Assembly (NCBI GenBank): GCA_951406725.2
Contig: OX597822.1
Location: forward strand, 15,686,001-15,750,000
Reading direction: 5' to 3'
Length of the DNA: 64,000 nt
From: Octopus vulgaris
Taxonomy: Eukaryota
The notes beneath the pieces were generated by a model that saw only the letters and a list, made by a program, of their open reading frames with translations, did no database searches and was not told the origin of the DNA. This document shows, piece by piece, positions 40,451 to 53,327 of this stretch; the first letter of the stretch is position 1; each line of letters opens with the position of its first letter. The translations under genes and the position numbers were made by a program.

Positions 40451-41282
40451 TTATAGTGGTTCGTTATAAGTGGCTCTACACTTCCATACATATGTTAGAA
40501 ATCAATATTATTGTTTCGACACAATTCAGCGGGTTCAATCCCGTTAGTGGGTGAATATATAACATTTCATATAAAGTAAAGTTAAAACACTCACACACAC
40601 TTGGAATCATTTGCGTAACACTGCAGTATAAGCCATATATTGTTACAGCTTATTTCATTCTGGAAATAAATTTGGACGTTACAATGATCTTTTACAAGAC
40701 AAATTTATATCCCCCAAAACAAAATATCGCGCATACTTATTCTAGCTATGAGAATAAAAGAGTTTCATTTTATATTGAATTTTATTGCCAAAGCAATGAG
40801 TATTCCTATAGGTGTTATATTCTTGATAACAAAAAGATTTATTGTACAATTATAGAACAGATTTCTACATGGATAAAAAGGATTTTATAAATATACTCGC
40901 TACTAAACTTTTGAATGAAAGGAATTCCATAGGGTGACCTCATAACTTACATCTAAAGTGGCCAATAACTCTATTGCGTGCTTTTGAAAGATTTGTAAAT
41001 TCCAATTGACAATAAAGGGCTATATCTAATACAGAAGCTATTGGATTATGTCAGTTAGTTGAGAGTGTTGAAATATCTTAATGGTAATGCTTTCTCGTAA
41101 AATATTTCGTGAAATAAAGCAAAACAAACCGTGTTCTTAACAAGCGTTTATTGATTGAGATTGAACTAACATATGAAACATATACAGCAAAAGCAAGAAT
41201 CGCCAAACAGAACATTGTGTAAGCTTTCAATGCTCTTGATATTAATGAGGCCACTAAAACTGCTAACAAATATTGTTGTCCA

Positions 41283-41338
<56 letters not shown>

Positions 41339-41444
41339 AGAATAATAAGAACAACAGCAAAAATGCTATTATTACTACAAGTAATAATGATGTTGCAAAA
41401 ATTATCAAAAGGTAAAATAGTTTAGGAGTACGAGAGGTATGTTA

Positions 41445-41600
41445 CATCTAAGCCATTATTTGACTGGTGATTTTATTTTATTGACCTTGGAGGGTTAAAA
41501 GATAAACCTGACCGCTGACAGGAATTGAAATGAAAGAAATGAGCCGAAATAAATACAGCAAAGTATTTCATCTAATACTGTAGCTATTCGGCCAAACAAT
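41445..41600 (-). mobile_element. Degraded family A SINE
   Basis: ACTGGTGATTTTATTTTATTGACC...AAAGATAAA...GGAATTGAA resembles 63370-63440. Confidence 0.45.
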
Positions 41601-42639
41601 AATTTTACAATGAAGTATTTATTGATTCTGTCAGATTCGAACGTGAATATCTGCTTACTGTTGCTTTTCATCATCGAACAATATCTCCTCTCTTTAGACG
41701 ATACGTTTTCATAATATACGCTAATTACCGATTCGATGAGACTGCAATTCGTAAGAGAGATTCGATCTCGTTGTGTATCTCCTCAGTTAAAGCTTGCCTA
41801 CCGCACAGATGAACTAACAATGGTTCGAGTTCTTATGAATAGGGATCAGCAAATTATTTCGTGATGGATGCTAATGTCTATCAAACCAATAACAATTCCT
41901 GGGTTGCGCACAGAACAGCAAAAATCCAAATGATACCGTTTCCATTCATTCTTAATTCTGTCTGATTCAAGCTATGTAGTCTTCCATCAGCGTTGTTTTC
42001 TTTCCTCAACTGAGAACACATCAGACGTTTAGATGATGTCTGCTTTACAAACATCAGGTGGTGCACCAGCAAAAGTTTATTCCTTCAGCTTATCTCTCTT
42101 TCATTTTCAGAGCCAGTTGGAACTGTGGCGAGGTGCTTGTTCAGTCTCTCTAAGTCTCTCTCGGTATACAAATATATTATACCACTGGCCTGTTTAACTG
42201 TCATTCATCCTATCCTGATCAAGCGGCTTCCTCTTCACTGACGTTCCCCCCTCTCTCTCTCTCTCTGTAAGAACTCACATATTTTCTAAACGAAAGAAGG
42301 TTGAACTCTGGCAGATTGAAAATGCCCAACACGTCGTATGTTATAACAACGCCCCTAATACACGATTGTGGTTTTGTGGGGCAAGACAGAATAATCGGAA
42401 ATTCTGTTAGAATCAACGTAAGGTTTTTGAATTAAATGACGCGTTTTATAATTAGTTCGTCTTTATAAAATGCCCATGTCTTTGCACTTTGGATTGAACC
42501 AACCAAGAGATAGTAATGTGAAACAAGGATATGATGTTAAACCATTTTCTACAACTTTATAAGAGACCACGCAACACGTTCTCTTCTGATTTGCTTGTTA
42601 TTAGACATTTCAAGTTGTTTATATCAATGTACAAAACAG

Positions 42640-42788
42640 ACTGTGAAAACAAGATCTGATAGAAAAGCGAAATGATAATAATACTTGGTAAGAATGCGAG
42701 CTGCACCCAACAATGATTTCTTCTGGATCACCTCGAGCCTGACAGCAGCTCCAATATTCATGGTGTGTTTTTCAAAGCCCTTGGAAAT
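42640..42788 (-). mobile_element. R4/Dong-clade extreme 3' fragment
   Basis: ISKGFEKH...LEVIQKKSLLGAARIL resembles the C-terminus of the 35-40 kb element. Its 5' end abuts the (AAC)/(AAT)/(GAT) tract at 42789-42909. Confidence 0.65.
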
Positions 42789-42837
42789 TAACAACAACAA
42801 CAACAACAACAACTACAACAACAACAACAACAACAAC

Positions 42838-42893
<56 letters not shown>

Positions 42894-42909
42894 TGATGAT
42901 GATGATGAT

Positions 42910-43121
42910 GGTTTCATATATTGCCACAAGGGCAGCAATTTTGGTGGAGGGGATGAGTCGATTACTACAACCCCAGTGTTCAACTGGTACTTATTTAATC
43001 GGCCCTGAAAGGATGTAAGGCAAAGTCGACCTCGGCGGAATTTGAACTCAGATGCAAATACAGACGAAATACCGCTAAGCATTTCATCCAAAAATGCGAA
43101 CGATATTGCCAGCTAGCCACC
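42910..43121 (-). mobile_element. Family A SINE
   Basis: Reverse complement of the head GGTGGCTAGCTGGCAA...GAGTTCAAATTCCGCCGAGGTCGACTTTGCCTT. Confidence 0.88.
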
Positions 43122-43139
43122 TTCAATAATGATAATAAT

Positions 43140-43465
43140 GATATTAAAGGAACTGAAAATTATTTAAGAAAGATCCTTGCCTTACCATCCATACAGAAAG
43201 TGCAAAAGATTGTCTTAACTGGTACGTCCCACGGACTGGGTAGAGCATTGTCACTGGGAATTTTCTTTCCGTTTTCTCCCTTTATTTAACTTTTTATTTC
43301 TTAATTTCTTTCCTTTTCTTTCTGTCTTCCCCCTTTTCTCTACCACATGATTGTAAATGAACAATCTAAAGTGTTTGTTTTAATGGCTTACCAACGAATA
43401 TAGCATGTTTCTCTGTCCTAGGTGTCAGGAAAACTCTCGGCAAGAAATGGAAACAATTGAAAAAA
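43140..43465 (+). mobile_element. R4/Dong-clade extreme 3' fragment with 3' UTR
   Basis: IKGTENYLRKILALPSIQKVQKIVLTGTSHGLGRAL, starting after TAATGATAATAATG. Confidence 0.6.
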
Positions 43466-43550
43466 GATACCATTGAAAATAATGTTAATATAGGAGGGTT
43501 CCTAGTATCAGCGTGGTAACGATTCTGCCAGCTCCCTACCTGATGATGAA

Positions 43551-43600
<50 letters not shown>

Positions 43601-43899
43601 GGATGATGATTGTGACGATGATGGTGATGATGACAAGTATCGGTGTAAATATTTGAGAATGTCTGTTGCGTAGAATCTTGTGAAATCAACTGAAGATTAG
43701 TCTTTTCCATGACGTTATTTGCAGCGACATAGATCCGAGAAAGTATGTTATTCACCTCCACCAACACTACGACCAGCTCCTTCGTTGTAAAACGTATTTC
43801 ATGGCCGATTGAAAAGGCAATTATAATTATATTTCAATTTTTTACATTTTAACAACCTTTTTATCTTTCGCGCTTTCTTTCTTTCTCTCTCTCTCTCAG

Positions 43900-43932
<33 letters not shown>

Positions 43933-43937
43933 GTATG

Positions 43938-44020
<83 letters not shown>

Positions 44021-45207
44021 GTGTGTGTTCTTTTACAACTGTGAAAATTTATGCGATACTATTAATAACTATTAATAACATAATTGCAATAATTCGTTTT
44101 CAAATGTCATTTGCGCTTGTGATACCGTTATTCATTGCCTCATTTTCTTACATTGATTTATATTTGAAATCGATATAGTATCATTTGTAGATTCGAGTGT
44201 TTGTAGGATAATTCATGCAAAATAATATGCGATTATTTTGTCGCAATGAAAGGGAAATGGTCTAAATTTCTGATTCGTGATGTGTTCAACGCTAAATGGC
44301 AGACAAATACGTTATGTACCGAGTGTGTGCTCTGTGCGGAGAGTTGTGTACGAGTACAATCAATGGTTTGAAGGACACCATGCTTTCTGTTACATATTTA
44401 CTTTTCTTTATGTTCTGGGCTCAAACCTCCCAAAGATGACTCGCCTGGAATCGTTTGACTGGTGATGGAGTAAATTCAATCAGGAAATAGAGATGTTATA
44501 AGATAACCTAAATCCTACCACGATTTTTCTGTAATTCTTTTAAGAGTTATGTGCAATATATTATTTACTGGGAAATAACGGTTCAATGTTCCTTCATAGT
44601 CAAATGGTATTACAGATCTCGATTATTATGGTCGCCTTAAGACATTGGAAGTCCTATAAGCCCTATAGCATTTGCCAAAAATGACGGTTATACTGCCTAT
44701 TGGCCTTACCGTCAAATTTACAATTCAACCAAGATTAAAAACTCAAGCTATACTCACGATACGTCAGCCTTGAATCAATTGTAAGCATGATGTTACACAA
44801 TTGAGCCTCACAAAACAATCTCAATGCAAAACAATTACTTTGCCTCAGATGATCATGCTGTATATTCGATGGTCGTAAAAATAAATCAATGAAGTCATCT
44901 GAGCAACATCTGGATTTCATGGGATGTCAGATAAGCCACATATATCTTGATACATATCAGTCAATAGCGACTCCATATCTGAGTGGGGCATGATTCCACA
45001 AACCCTAGCTTCGAATATTATATCAGATACTGTTATTTAGTTATAGCTTCTGTCAGTTTTGACCGAAACATACCCACGTTTAAGTGATATAAAGTGCAAA
45101 TGTGGTTTGGTTGTTGGGTACGGCTTTTACATATGAACCAAAGTAACTAACAAAAATTGAATACTTTTAATTGTTTTAGAAGATCTAGCATGGCGAATCC
45201 TTAAATG

Positions 45208-45276
<69 letters not shown>

Positions 45277-46017
45277 TACTGAAGTTAATGTCCTCTATTG
45301 TTGTGCTTCACACATCCAACTTCATGTTAGTACATTATGCTAAATCAGGTGATACATTTCTGACAATACTTTTGACAGTTGTAACCGACACAAAACGTGA
45401 TTTATTGATAATAGGAATGTTGTATCGATTTTATAAAATAGCTTCGATATTTTTGAAATCTGATAATTTGATGAATACAACATAAAACATTATAACCAAA
45501 CTATTAATTCCGGTTAACATTACTATTCACTAAAACTATTTGAAATCGAAATGGCTCTGTCGCTTTAATATGCAATCATTGTTATATCGGAAAATTTCTA
45601 ACATTGACCACCACTAATAATTTACAAATGCTTGTCTTCAAAAGACTTAGGAATCACATCTGTCTTGGTTGAAGGCTATTGCCATTGTTTGTGTTGTAGT
45701 TTAATCTCATAAGAACTCTGTTAAAAAAATTATGTTTAATAACATTTCAGGGAGAGCAGAGAGGGTCCCATTTTTCCTTTCTTTTTTTTCCCTTTCCTTC
45801 TCTTCTCTGTCAACTTAAGTACTTTAGAAGCTAACTAGCTTTATTCCTTAAATCTTTGACTTTTAAATTCCAAATGTTTCATTTAAATTTTGACATTTAA
45901 ACTTTAAATTTCAATTCTATAATTTGTATCTTTTTTTCCTTTTAATTGTAGTTTTATCCTACATAAACCCCACTTAAGCTAGGCATCTATTTTTAGCCAT
46001 CTCTAGCTAAAATACTA

Positions 46018-46631
46018 CCTGGATTTGCCTGGGATTAAGCATAAGGACATATACCTTCGCGGAAGTACGGACCAACCTTTATACCCTCTGGGAAAAGATG
46101 AGCTGTGAACTCTTATTATCCTGTTTGAATTCTTATATCTACTAACCACACAAAACCTATTTAATCAATAGACATGAATACCTTCCTCCTCCATTTTACC
46201 AACGCCTTTAACACCTGACCTCTCACACCGAACCGACACTTAAAGAAGAAGAATACTGGCACCTTATCTCTGTATATTTTATTCCTTATTTTTTTGTTGT
46301 TATTTGTTATTTTTATTTTACTTTACTTTCCATCTCATTCATTCTTTCCCGCACCAATCCTTTTCCTGTCCCCTTTCTCTCTCTCTCCATATTTTCTCTT
46401 TCTCCTCTCTCTTCTATCCATTCACTCAACCCACTTCTGTCTATCTTGATGTCTATCTTACCCACGCGGAGCATTTGCACTCTAGCGAACAGCTTCAATA
46501 TGAACGCATCATTCTGCCTGGATTTAGCTGGTATTAAGCATAAGGACCTATACCTTCACGGAAGTATGACCAACCTCCATAACCTCTAGAAAATGATGAA
46601 CTGTGAACTTTTATTATCCTGTCTGAATTGA
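46018..46631 (+). repeat. Direct repeat of about 115 bp (46018-46132 and 46517-46631) upstream of a hammerhead-like motif
   Basis: CCTGGATTT...ATTAAGCATAAGGAC.TATACCTTC.CGGAAGTA...CTGTGAACT.TTATTATCCTGT.TGAATT occurs twice. Confidence 0.85.
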
Positions 46632-46704
46632 CTCGTTATTCTTCTATTTTATTCCTTATAAACTGTGAATTTTCCTGTCTAGGAGTGTAATACATACTCT
46701 CTTT

Positions 46705-46780
46705 GTCTCCGATGAGAAAATATCAAGTGTACAGACATGCTAGCCTACCACTTCGAATATCCCAGAAACAGCTGTAACCT
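46705..46780 (+). ncRNA. Degenerate hammerhead-like motif
   Basis: GTCT-CCGATGA...AAGTG/CACTT...GAATATCCCA-GAAA-CAGCTG-TA. The core has a U-to-C change and the stems are eroded. Confidence 0.45.
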
Positions 46781-46964
46781 TACTCCAATGAAATTATTAT
46801 AAATAACTTGAGATTCTTGTACTGCTTTGGTTTTTGATGTCATTTTCCTCTAATGTATGCATACACACACATAAATTAAAAAGTGGTAGAGATGAAAGAT
46901 GGAATAAGTATCAAATGTATATTCTTATTATCGGCAAAGTTTCTAAGGAACTATGAAAAAGATT

Positions 46965-46978
46965 TATATATACACACA

Positions 46979-47018
<40 letters not shown>

Positions 47019-47053
47019 CACACAAACATACATATATAGATAGATAGATAAAC

Positions 47054-47149
<96 letters not shown>

Positions 47150-47220
47150 GGATGAATGGATGGATGGATGGATGGATGGATGGATGGATGGATGGATGGA
47201 TGGATAGGTGGATAGATATA
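46965..47220. repeat. (CA)n-(GATA)n-(GGAT)n microsatellite, no LINE insertion
   Basis: Seen directly. Confidence 0.96.
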
Positions 47221-47237
47221 AAGAATTTTGAAATTAG

Positions 47238-47287
47238 TTCACGGACCCCCAGTACTACATTTGTGGACCACAGTTTGGAACCACTGC
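47238..47287. mobile_element. Right end of a hAT-type MITE
   Basis: CACGGACCCC...GTGGACCACAGTTTGGAACCACTG resembles the ends of 26672-26856. Confidence 0.5.
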
Positions 47288-47800
47288 TCTACATTATCCG
47301 TGAAAGACAAGAAAATTATTTAACATAATCAGAACAATTTACTGGGAATCATATTTCAAACACATTATGGAAAACACAAGAACTACAGACGATATACGTA
47401 TTGTTTTAATATGAATAATTGCATAGATATAAGTTCATTGCCAGACCTATCTATCTATTTATCTTTTGTAACAACTTTACTATTGTAACAACTTTAGTTT
47501 TTTTGCTAAATATTCATTAACTCTATTTTCTGAAATTATAATTCGTTTTCTAGACTTTGTGACGAACCCTCTTATACTTAAGTGCTAGATTTATTTTCTT
47601 ATTATTTACGCACCTTGGTACCCATAAAGAAAGATGAACCCACCAATTATGTTTCTAGTTTATTTGCTAGTTTCTTCATTTGCTCATCGACTCCACGATT
47701 TACACAGCAAAATGGTATGATTCTAATTTATTAAGTCTTCTTTACTCATCTCAAGGCCCTGTTCTTTCCTCTTCCCTCTTCTCTTCTTTTATGTATTTGT

Positions 47801-47914
47801 ATTCACTCTGATGAAGATCAATGTATTAGATGCTATAAAAATGACGAATATTATTCTCATAATTTTCTTTGGCGGCACCGACTGACGTTGGCAGCAGAAA
47901 CGGTTGTAAGCAAT
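47801..47914 (+). ncRNA. Candidate hammerhead ribozyme, same family as 34738
   Basis: ATTCACT-CTGATGA-A...TCAATGT/ACGTTGG...GCA-GAAA-CGGTTG-TA-AGCAAT. The core is intact and the stems are partly mutated. Confidence 0.5.
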
Positions 47915-49584
47915 GTTCAGGTTTTGTATTAAAAAATATTTAACCGATCGTTGTCAATTTGTTTGTTAATTAAAAGTTTTCTCCATTTTCATCTCATTTT
48001 AAATTTGATTCCTGATAAACTCTCATTTATTCTGTTATTACTGTATCCGATGTGCATACCCATGACCAGGGTTAACATAGTTAATTTACACCGGTAGTAA
48101 TAACGGGTATTCTTATCCCTTAGACTATTACTCCAACCGCTAACTCTACTTACCTATACATATGTGTGTGTGTGTGCGTGTGTGTGTATGTGTGTGTATA
48201 GTAATTTTTATATGCCAACAGGATGTGGCAGTCCTTTAAGAACGATTTTACTATTGTTTTAGCTCCAGGAAAACCTCTTTTCCTGTTGGCCATCGACATT
48301 TTGTGTCGTAATACGATAGAAAATGTTTCATGCGAATAAATTCGTAATTATTCAGTCGTAGTTTCTGCAGCACTAAAACGTTGGCCAGCTTAACAGACAG
48401 AGAGAGAGAAAGAGAGAGAGGCGGAGGGAGAGAGAGAGAGAAAGAGAGAGAGGGGGAGGAAAGAAGATTTGAACAGAGGAATGAAGAATTGAAATATCGA
48501 TTTGCTCTCAGTCTGCCATGGTGGCCGAGCTGTATTGGATCTTCGACTGAATAATTGCAAATTTATCTGCATGAATCCATTTGTGCCAAATTAACATCCT
48601 TCTGTATTTAAACAGATTATCCTTCACTGATTCATTGTTGAACACTCATTTCGTGAGACCTTATTTACGTATCTTTATACATATATGCATGTGTTTGTAT
48701 ACATTCATATCCGTTATAATTGTGCAAAAACCAAAAACAAACATACTCAGTTGCGTACACTATACGTATGCGTATGTATATCCAATATTTTTCTAGAATT
48801 CATACAATCTATCTCTCCGATATGCAAATCACTTTTATACTTTGCATCAAAACAAATTTCATATGACGCGAAAGATAAATTCTATGAATAAATTATGTAA
48901 TGTTATGTAGCATGGTGCACCAAACAATATTAACCACTAGTAACCAATATACACACACATATTCTTCCAAGCTGATTCTTCATAATACCTTACTTCGTCA
49001 TCATGTGTGCTGATCTCTTCAATACTATCAAGTACGGAACATTCAATTTTGTATTCAATATATGTAGAACACTGAATAGTAATATCAGCGCACATTCTAT
49101 TAAATTATCTCTCTCTGGTTAGTGAATAGTATGTGTTTTATTTTGCACTTTATACCGATTCATATATCTGCTCGATCTGTTGGACAACCTGTCAGAATGT
49201 TCTATAACACTATTTTCGTTTCTCTGTAAATTGTTCAAATATCACCGAGGTGAAGTTTCTATTAGTCTTACGGCGTTGATAAACCAGATCAGTGCTGGCG
49301 CAGAACTTATTCTCCAACTTTTATTTCCTGGATGTTCCGCTTTTTTCAAGTCGAACTAATGCATGTCTCTATAGGCTACCGAATCTATGGATGCCAAAAT
49401 ATTATTAGCGAAAACAAGTTAAATGCTGCATAGTGCTCATTGTGACAAACGGCTATTGGCTAGTACACCTACTCACGTATTTCTTTGTGTATGCGTGTTT
49501 ACGTCTGTGTGTTTTAAAATATCTTACGAGTATGTATTAGACTGTTGAGAAAAAAATTGCGATAACATCTACGTAATTAAATGT

Positions 49585-49626
49585 TGTGGTTAGTAGCCCA
49601 CGCTCTTAACCACTACGCCATATGCT
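49585..49626 (-). mobile_element. Isolated tRNA-like SINE head
   Basis: Minus strand GCATATGGCGTAGTGGTTAAGAGCGTGGGCTACTAACC has an A box and anticodon-like arm but no 3' half. Confidence 0.55.
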
Positions 49627-50219
49627 CATGGGCATATTCCTCATCTCTTAACTCCTCATCTCTTAAATATAGAACAGCATAGAACTTGATCTATAACAAT
49701 AAATTTTACGGCGCACACATACATACATATACATACATACATACATACATGCATACACATACATACATACATACATACATACATACATACATACATACAT
49801 ACATACATACATACATACATACATACATACATACGCACTTCGTGGCATTAGTAATGTGAAAATAATTTCTGGCCCTCTATTACTTCCTTGATAGGATTCG
49901 ATAGTAAAACAAAAATGTTTTAGCTATATTAGAAATATTTACAAACTCCATATTATACTGTATCTCGAATACGGCGTATAATCCACCCATTTGCATTATT
50001 ACTTAATTCGATACAGAACTGTTTAGAAAATGATTGCAGGATCTCACCGTTATTACATGTCTTATTATATGAGTTACTGTACAGAGCAGGAAACAAGGTT
50101 GGGGAAAGGTAACGCATTTAAACAATGATTAGGTATGGCCACAGAAGTCACACATGATATACGTTGGATAACTGTACAGACACAACTTAAAATGAATTTT
50201 AATTAAGCCAATACACACG

Positions 50220-50251
<32 letters not shown>

Positions 50252-50397
50252 ATTTAAAAATAAGATAAAAACTTCATAGGAATTTTTCAAGTAGTTAGCG
50301 TGAAAAACCTCAAGAGAAAAAAAACATCAATTTTTTTCCTTTAAATTTATATATTTATATTATATATAGGGCACTATTACACATAGATGCCACATGT

Positions 50398-50871
50398 AGT
50401 TGTGTTCAACACGCATTCTCTCAGTTCGTTAAGAACATGCGGCAGTATATGTCTTAGTATATATATATATATATATTGCCACCAGCTACCCACATTAATT
50501 TTGTGTGGTGTGTGTATATATATATATAATATTATATAGATGGCACTATTACACATAGATGCCACACGCTAGGAGGGACTCTTAAACCCAAAACTACTAA
50601 AATAAATAAATAAACACATCGTACCGAAACCAATTCTCGAAGCAGATTGTTTCAGACTGATGTGTTTATTTATTTTAGTAGTTTTGACTTTAAGAGTCCC
50701 TCCTAGCGTGTGGCATCTATGTGTAATAGTGCCATCTATATAATATTATATATATATACACACACCACACACAATTAATGTGGGTAGCTGGTGGCAATAT
50801 ATATATATATACTAAGACATATACTGCCGCATGTTCTTAACGAACTGAGAGAATGCGTGTTGAACACAACT
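50398..50871. repeat. Inverted duplication (arms about 50398-50620 and 50659-50871, 38-bp spacer)
   Basis: Arms are near-perfect reverse complements. A 25-bp motif GGCACTATTACACATAGATGCCACA is present directly at 50370 and 50542 and inverted at about 50709. Confidence 0.96.
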
Positions 50872-52004
50872 GATTAAGATAAAAGGTTCTTTCTAATCGA
50901 CCTTTTTGTGTTACGTTTCAGAAATCCGGTGTTATTTGCGAATGTTCAAGAAATATACTTTGAAACGGTGTCGTTTGTCATCATCTCTTTGACCAATGTT
51001 TCATTATTCAAAACTACATTTTATGCTACGCCAAAATAATTAGACACTGCATTAACTTACCCACCCGCTAATTACGGTCACCTATGTTATGAAGCCCGTG
51101 CAGCAGCAAAATCTTCAAATAAGCTTCAGCATAACATTTCTTCAATTACTGGTGAGATATACTTGAAGAATTTTAAATTTACCCGTTGCATCTTGATGGA
51201 AACTAAATACCTTGACTAATGAAAAAGTAATTGCTGCTGACTGTTTTATGGAGCTGCAATTCAGATCGATAGACGAAACATTAAAGAGCTAACCTAATTT
51301 ATAATCGTTACTTCCTACATATATATTCATACACAAACATATATATATATCTACACTCAAATACATTCTTGAAGTGCAACCACTGATTAACTCACATTCA
51401 CAACGCATGCTAATACCCACACTCACTGACACGCACCAACGCAAAAACATTCACACACACACACACACACATATGTATACAAGCATGATTAATACGTCTT
51501 GTGGACAACTTTGCAATAGAATGTGTATCTCCTACACACAACTTGAGCAATATTCCTCATTGTTACTTGTTCTACATGCCTGAAAATCTGATGTGCATTT
51601 TGTCTTTTTGAAATTCAGCCGATATTCTTCTCGTAGCAATCGAATTATTAGTAATTTCACTTAAGATACAGACACACACGTTTTTTTGTGTTTCTCGTCA
51701 GGCTGATCTCTGGCAAACTGGCAATCGTAGCTGATTCTGGTACTCCTGCGTCTACCATGTATGGTATGAACTGGCTTTTACTTGGTTACTCATGATATTC
51801 CATTAAAGAGTAAATTCCAGAGTGACAAATGGATTTGATTTTAGAAGTGATAATAAAACAATGAAATTTTCGAAACACTTCCGTCTGAACAATAAGAATT
51901 CTTTCTTTTTCTTTTAATGGATATATATTTTTCAACATAGACATGTTTTTCGGTGCTTTTCACTGTACCTTTACACATACGAACATATAACCATGTATGC
52001 ATTT

Positions 52005-52074
<70 letters not shown>

Positions 52075-52289
52075 TATGAGAGGTAATGGTATCAATAAGA
52101 CCCAAAGGCGTCAGGTAATGCTGAGTAAGTGCTATGGATAGACCGTAGTTAAGCTCCAGGTTTTGTGATTATGGGAATATGGAGTCCAACTTAGGTCATA
52201 TATCATCATGTGTATATATAAAACATTTCTTTTCAGAATGAAATGAAAAACCAAGGCTGTGAAGATTTTAGAACATTTATAAATAGAAG

Positions 52290-52337
52290 GTCTTACAGCT
52301 ATTTCCGGGATATTTATTATACCCCTTCAGCGGAGAC
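52290..52337 (-). ncRNA. Compact hammerhead-like motif with mutated core
   Basis: Minus strand GTCT-CCGCTGA-A-GGGGTAT-AATAA-ATATCCC-G-GAAA-TAGCTG-TA-AGAC. Stems I and II are fully paired and the core differs from CUGAUGA at two positions. Confidence 0.55.
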
Positions 52338-53327
52338 GGTGTAATTAATTTAGATAAGATACGAAATAGAATGTGTAGTGGAGGAATGAAAATAGATGTG
52401 AGATATGCAGGGATATTGCATTTGTAGATACATTATTTAGGCAGAATGGTGTACATATAAGATTCCAATACCTTGTGAGTAAATTCCAAAAGTATATAAA
52501 ATTGGTCATGGTAAATTCCAATTTGCCCTATTTTGCAAATCGATATTTATCATACTGTGAATCGGTGTGTCATTGCAGATAATGGTGTTGCTAGTTTTAG
52601 GAGTGCTTATTTTCAAATGATCATAAATCGAAATGTAGTAGAAACCGCCTGCAATCTTTGAGTTTTAGGGTCATAAAACCCCAACATGGCTTTATTCAAT
52701 GCTGGAGTGATATGTATTTACCATGAAATCATTGAAGAGCATTTATTTAATACAATTATCCAATTGAGGAATATTCAATTTTTTCTAAATTTACTGCTTA
52801 TTTCTTCTACTCGCTAAACAACAGCAGTGTTTTACGCAGACAATAATTGTTTTTCATTCAAGAATACTCACATAGTCTCGCATAGTTTTGGCAGAAGTGG
52901 AACACGTTGAGACAGTCAATTACAAAGGATAACAATGAAAGGGATTAGTCTCACTAATGTGTATAAAGTATTTGTAGCGCAATCGTATACATTTGCGTTG
53001 CATATGAAAACACCCGACTTAACTATTGTGTGCCTTTGTAAGGTACAGCAGAAAGGAAATGAAATCAAATTCAATCACACATTCTTCACTGTTTTTCGAT
53101 TGGCTTCTTCTGCTCTTCAATGGTTTTAATGCTTTCTGCTCAAATGTCAATAACAAACACTTAGGTTATTTCTGTTTTTTTAGAAAATAATCACTTCAGT
53201 AATCGTTCTTTCTATTCTTTTCGGATTTTCTGCTTATATCTGATAAAAAGTATGCTTTATTATTTATTATTTTTCATTTATTCTGCCGTATTTGGTAATA
53301 TATTATATAGTCTTTATATAAGATATA

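Noticed and set aside
41620-42230. Coding-like stretch, perhaps an LTR retrotransposon or transposase remnant
   Set aside because: Multiple stops and no diagnostic motif that I can identify.
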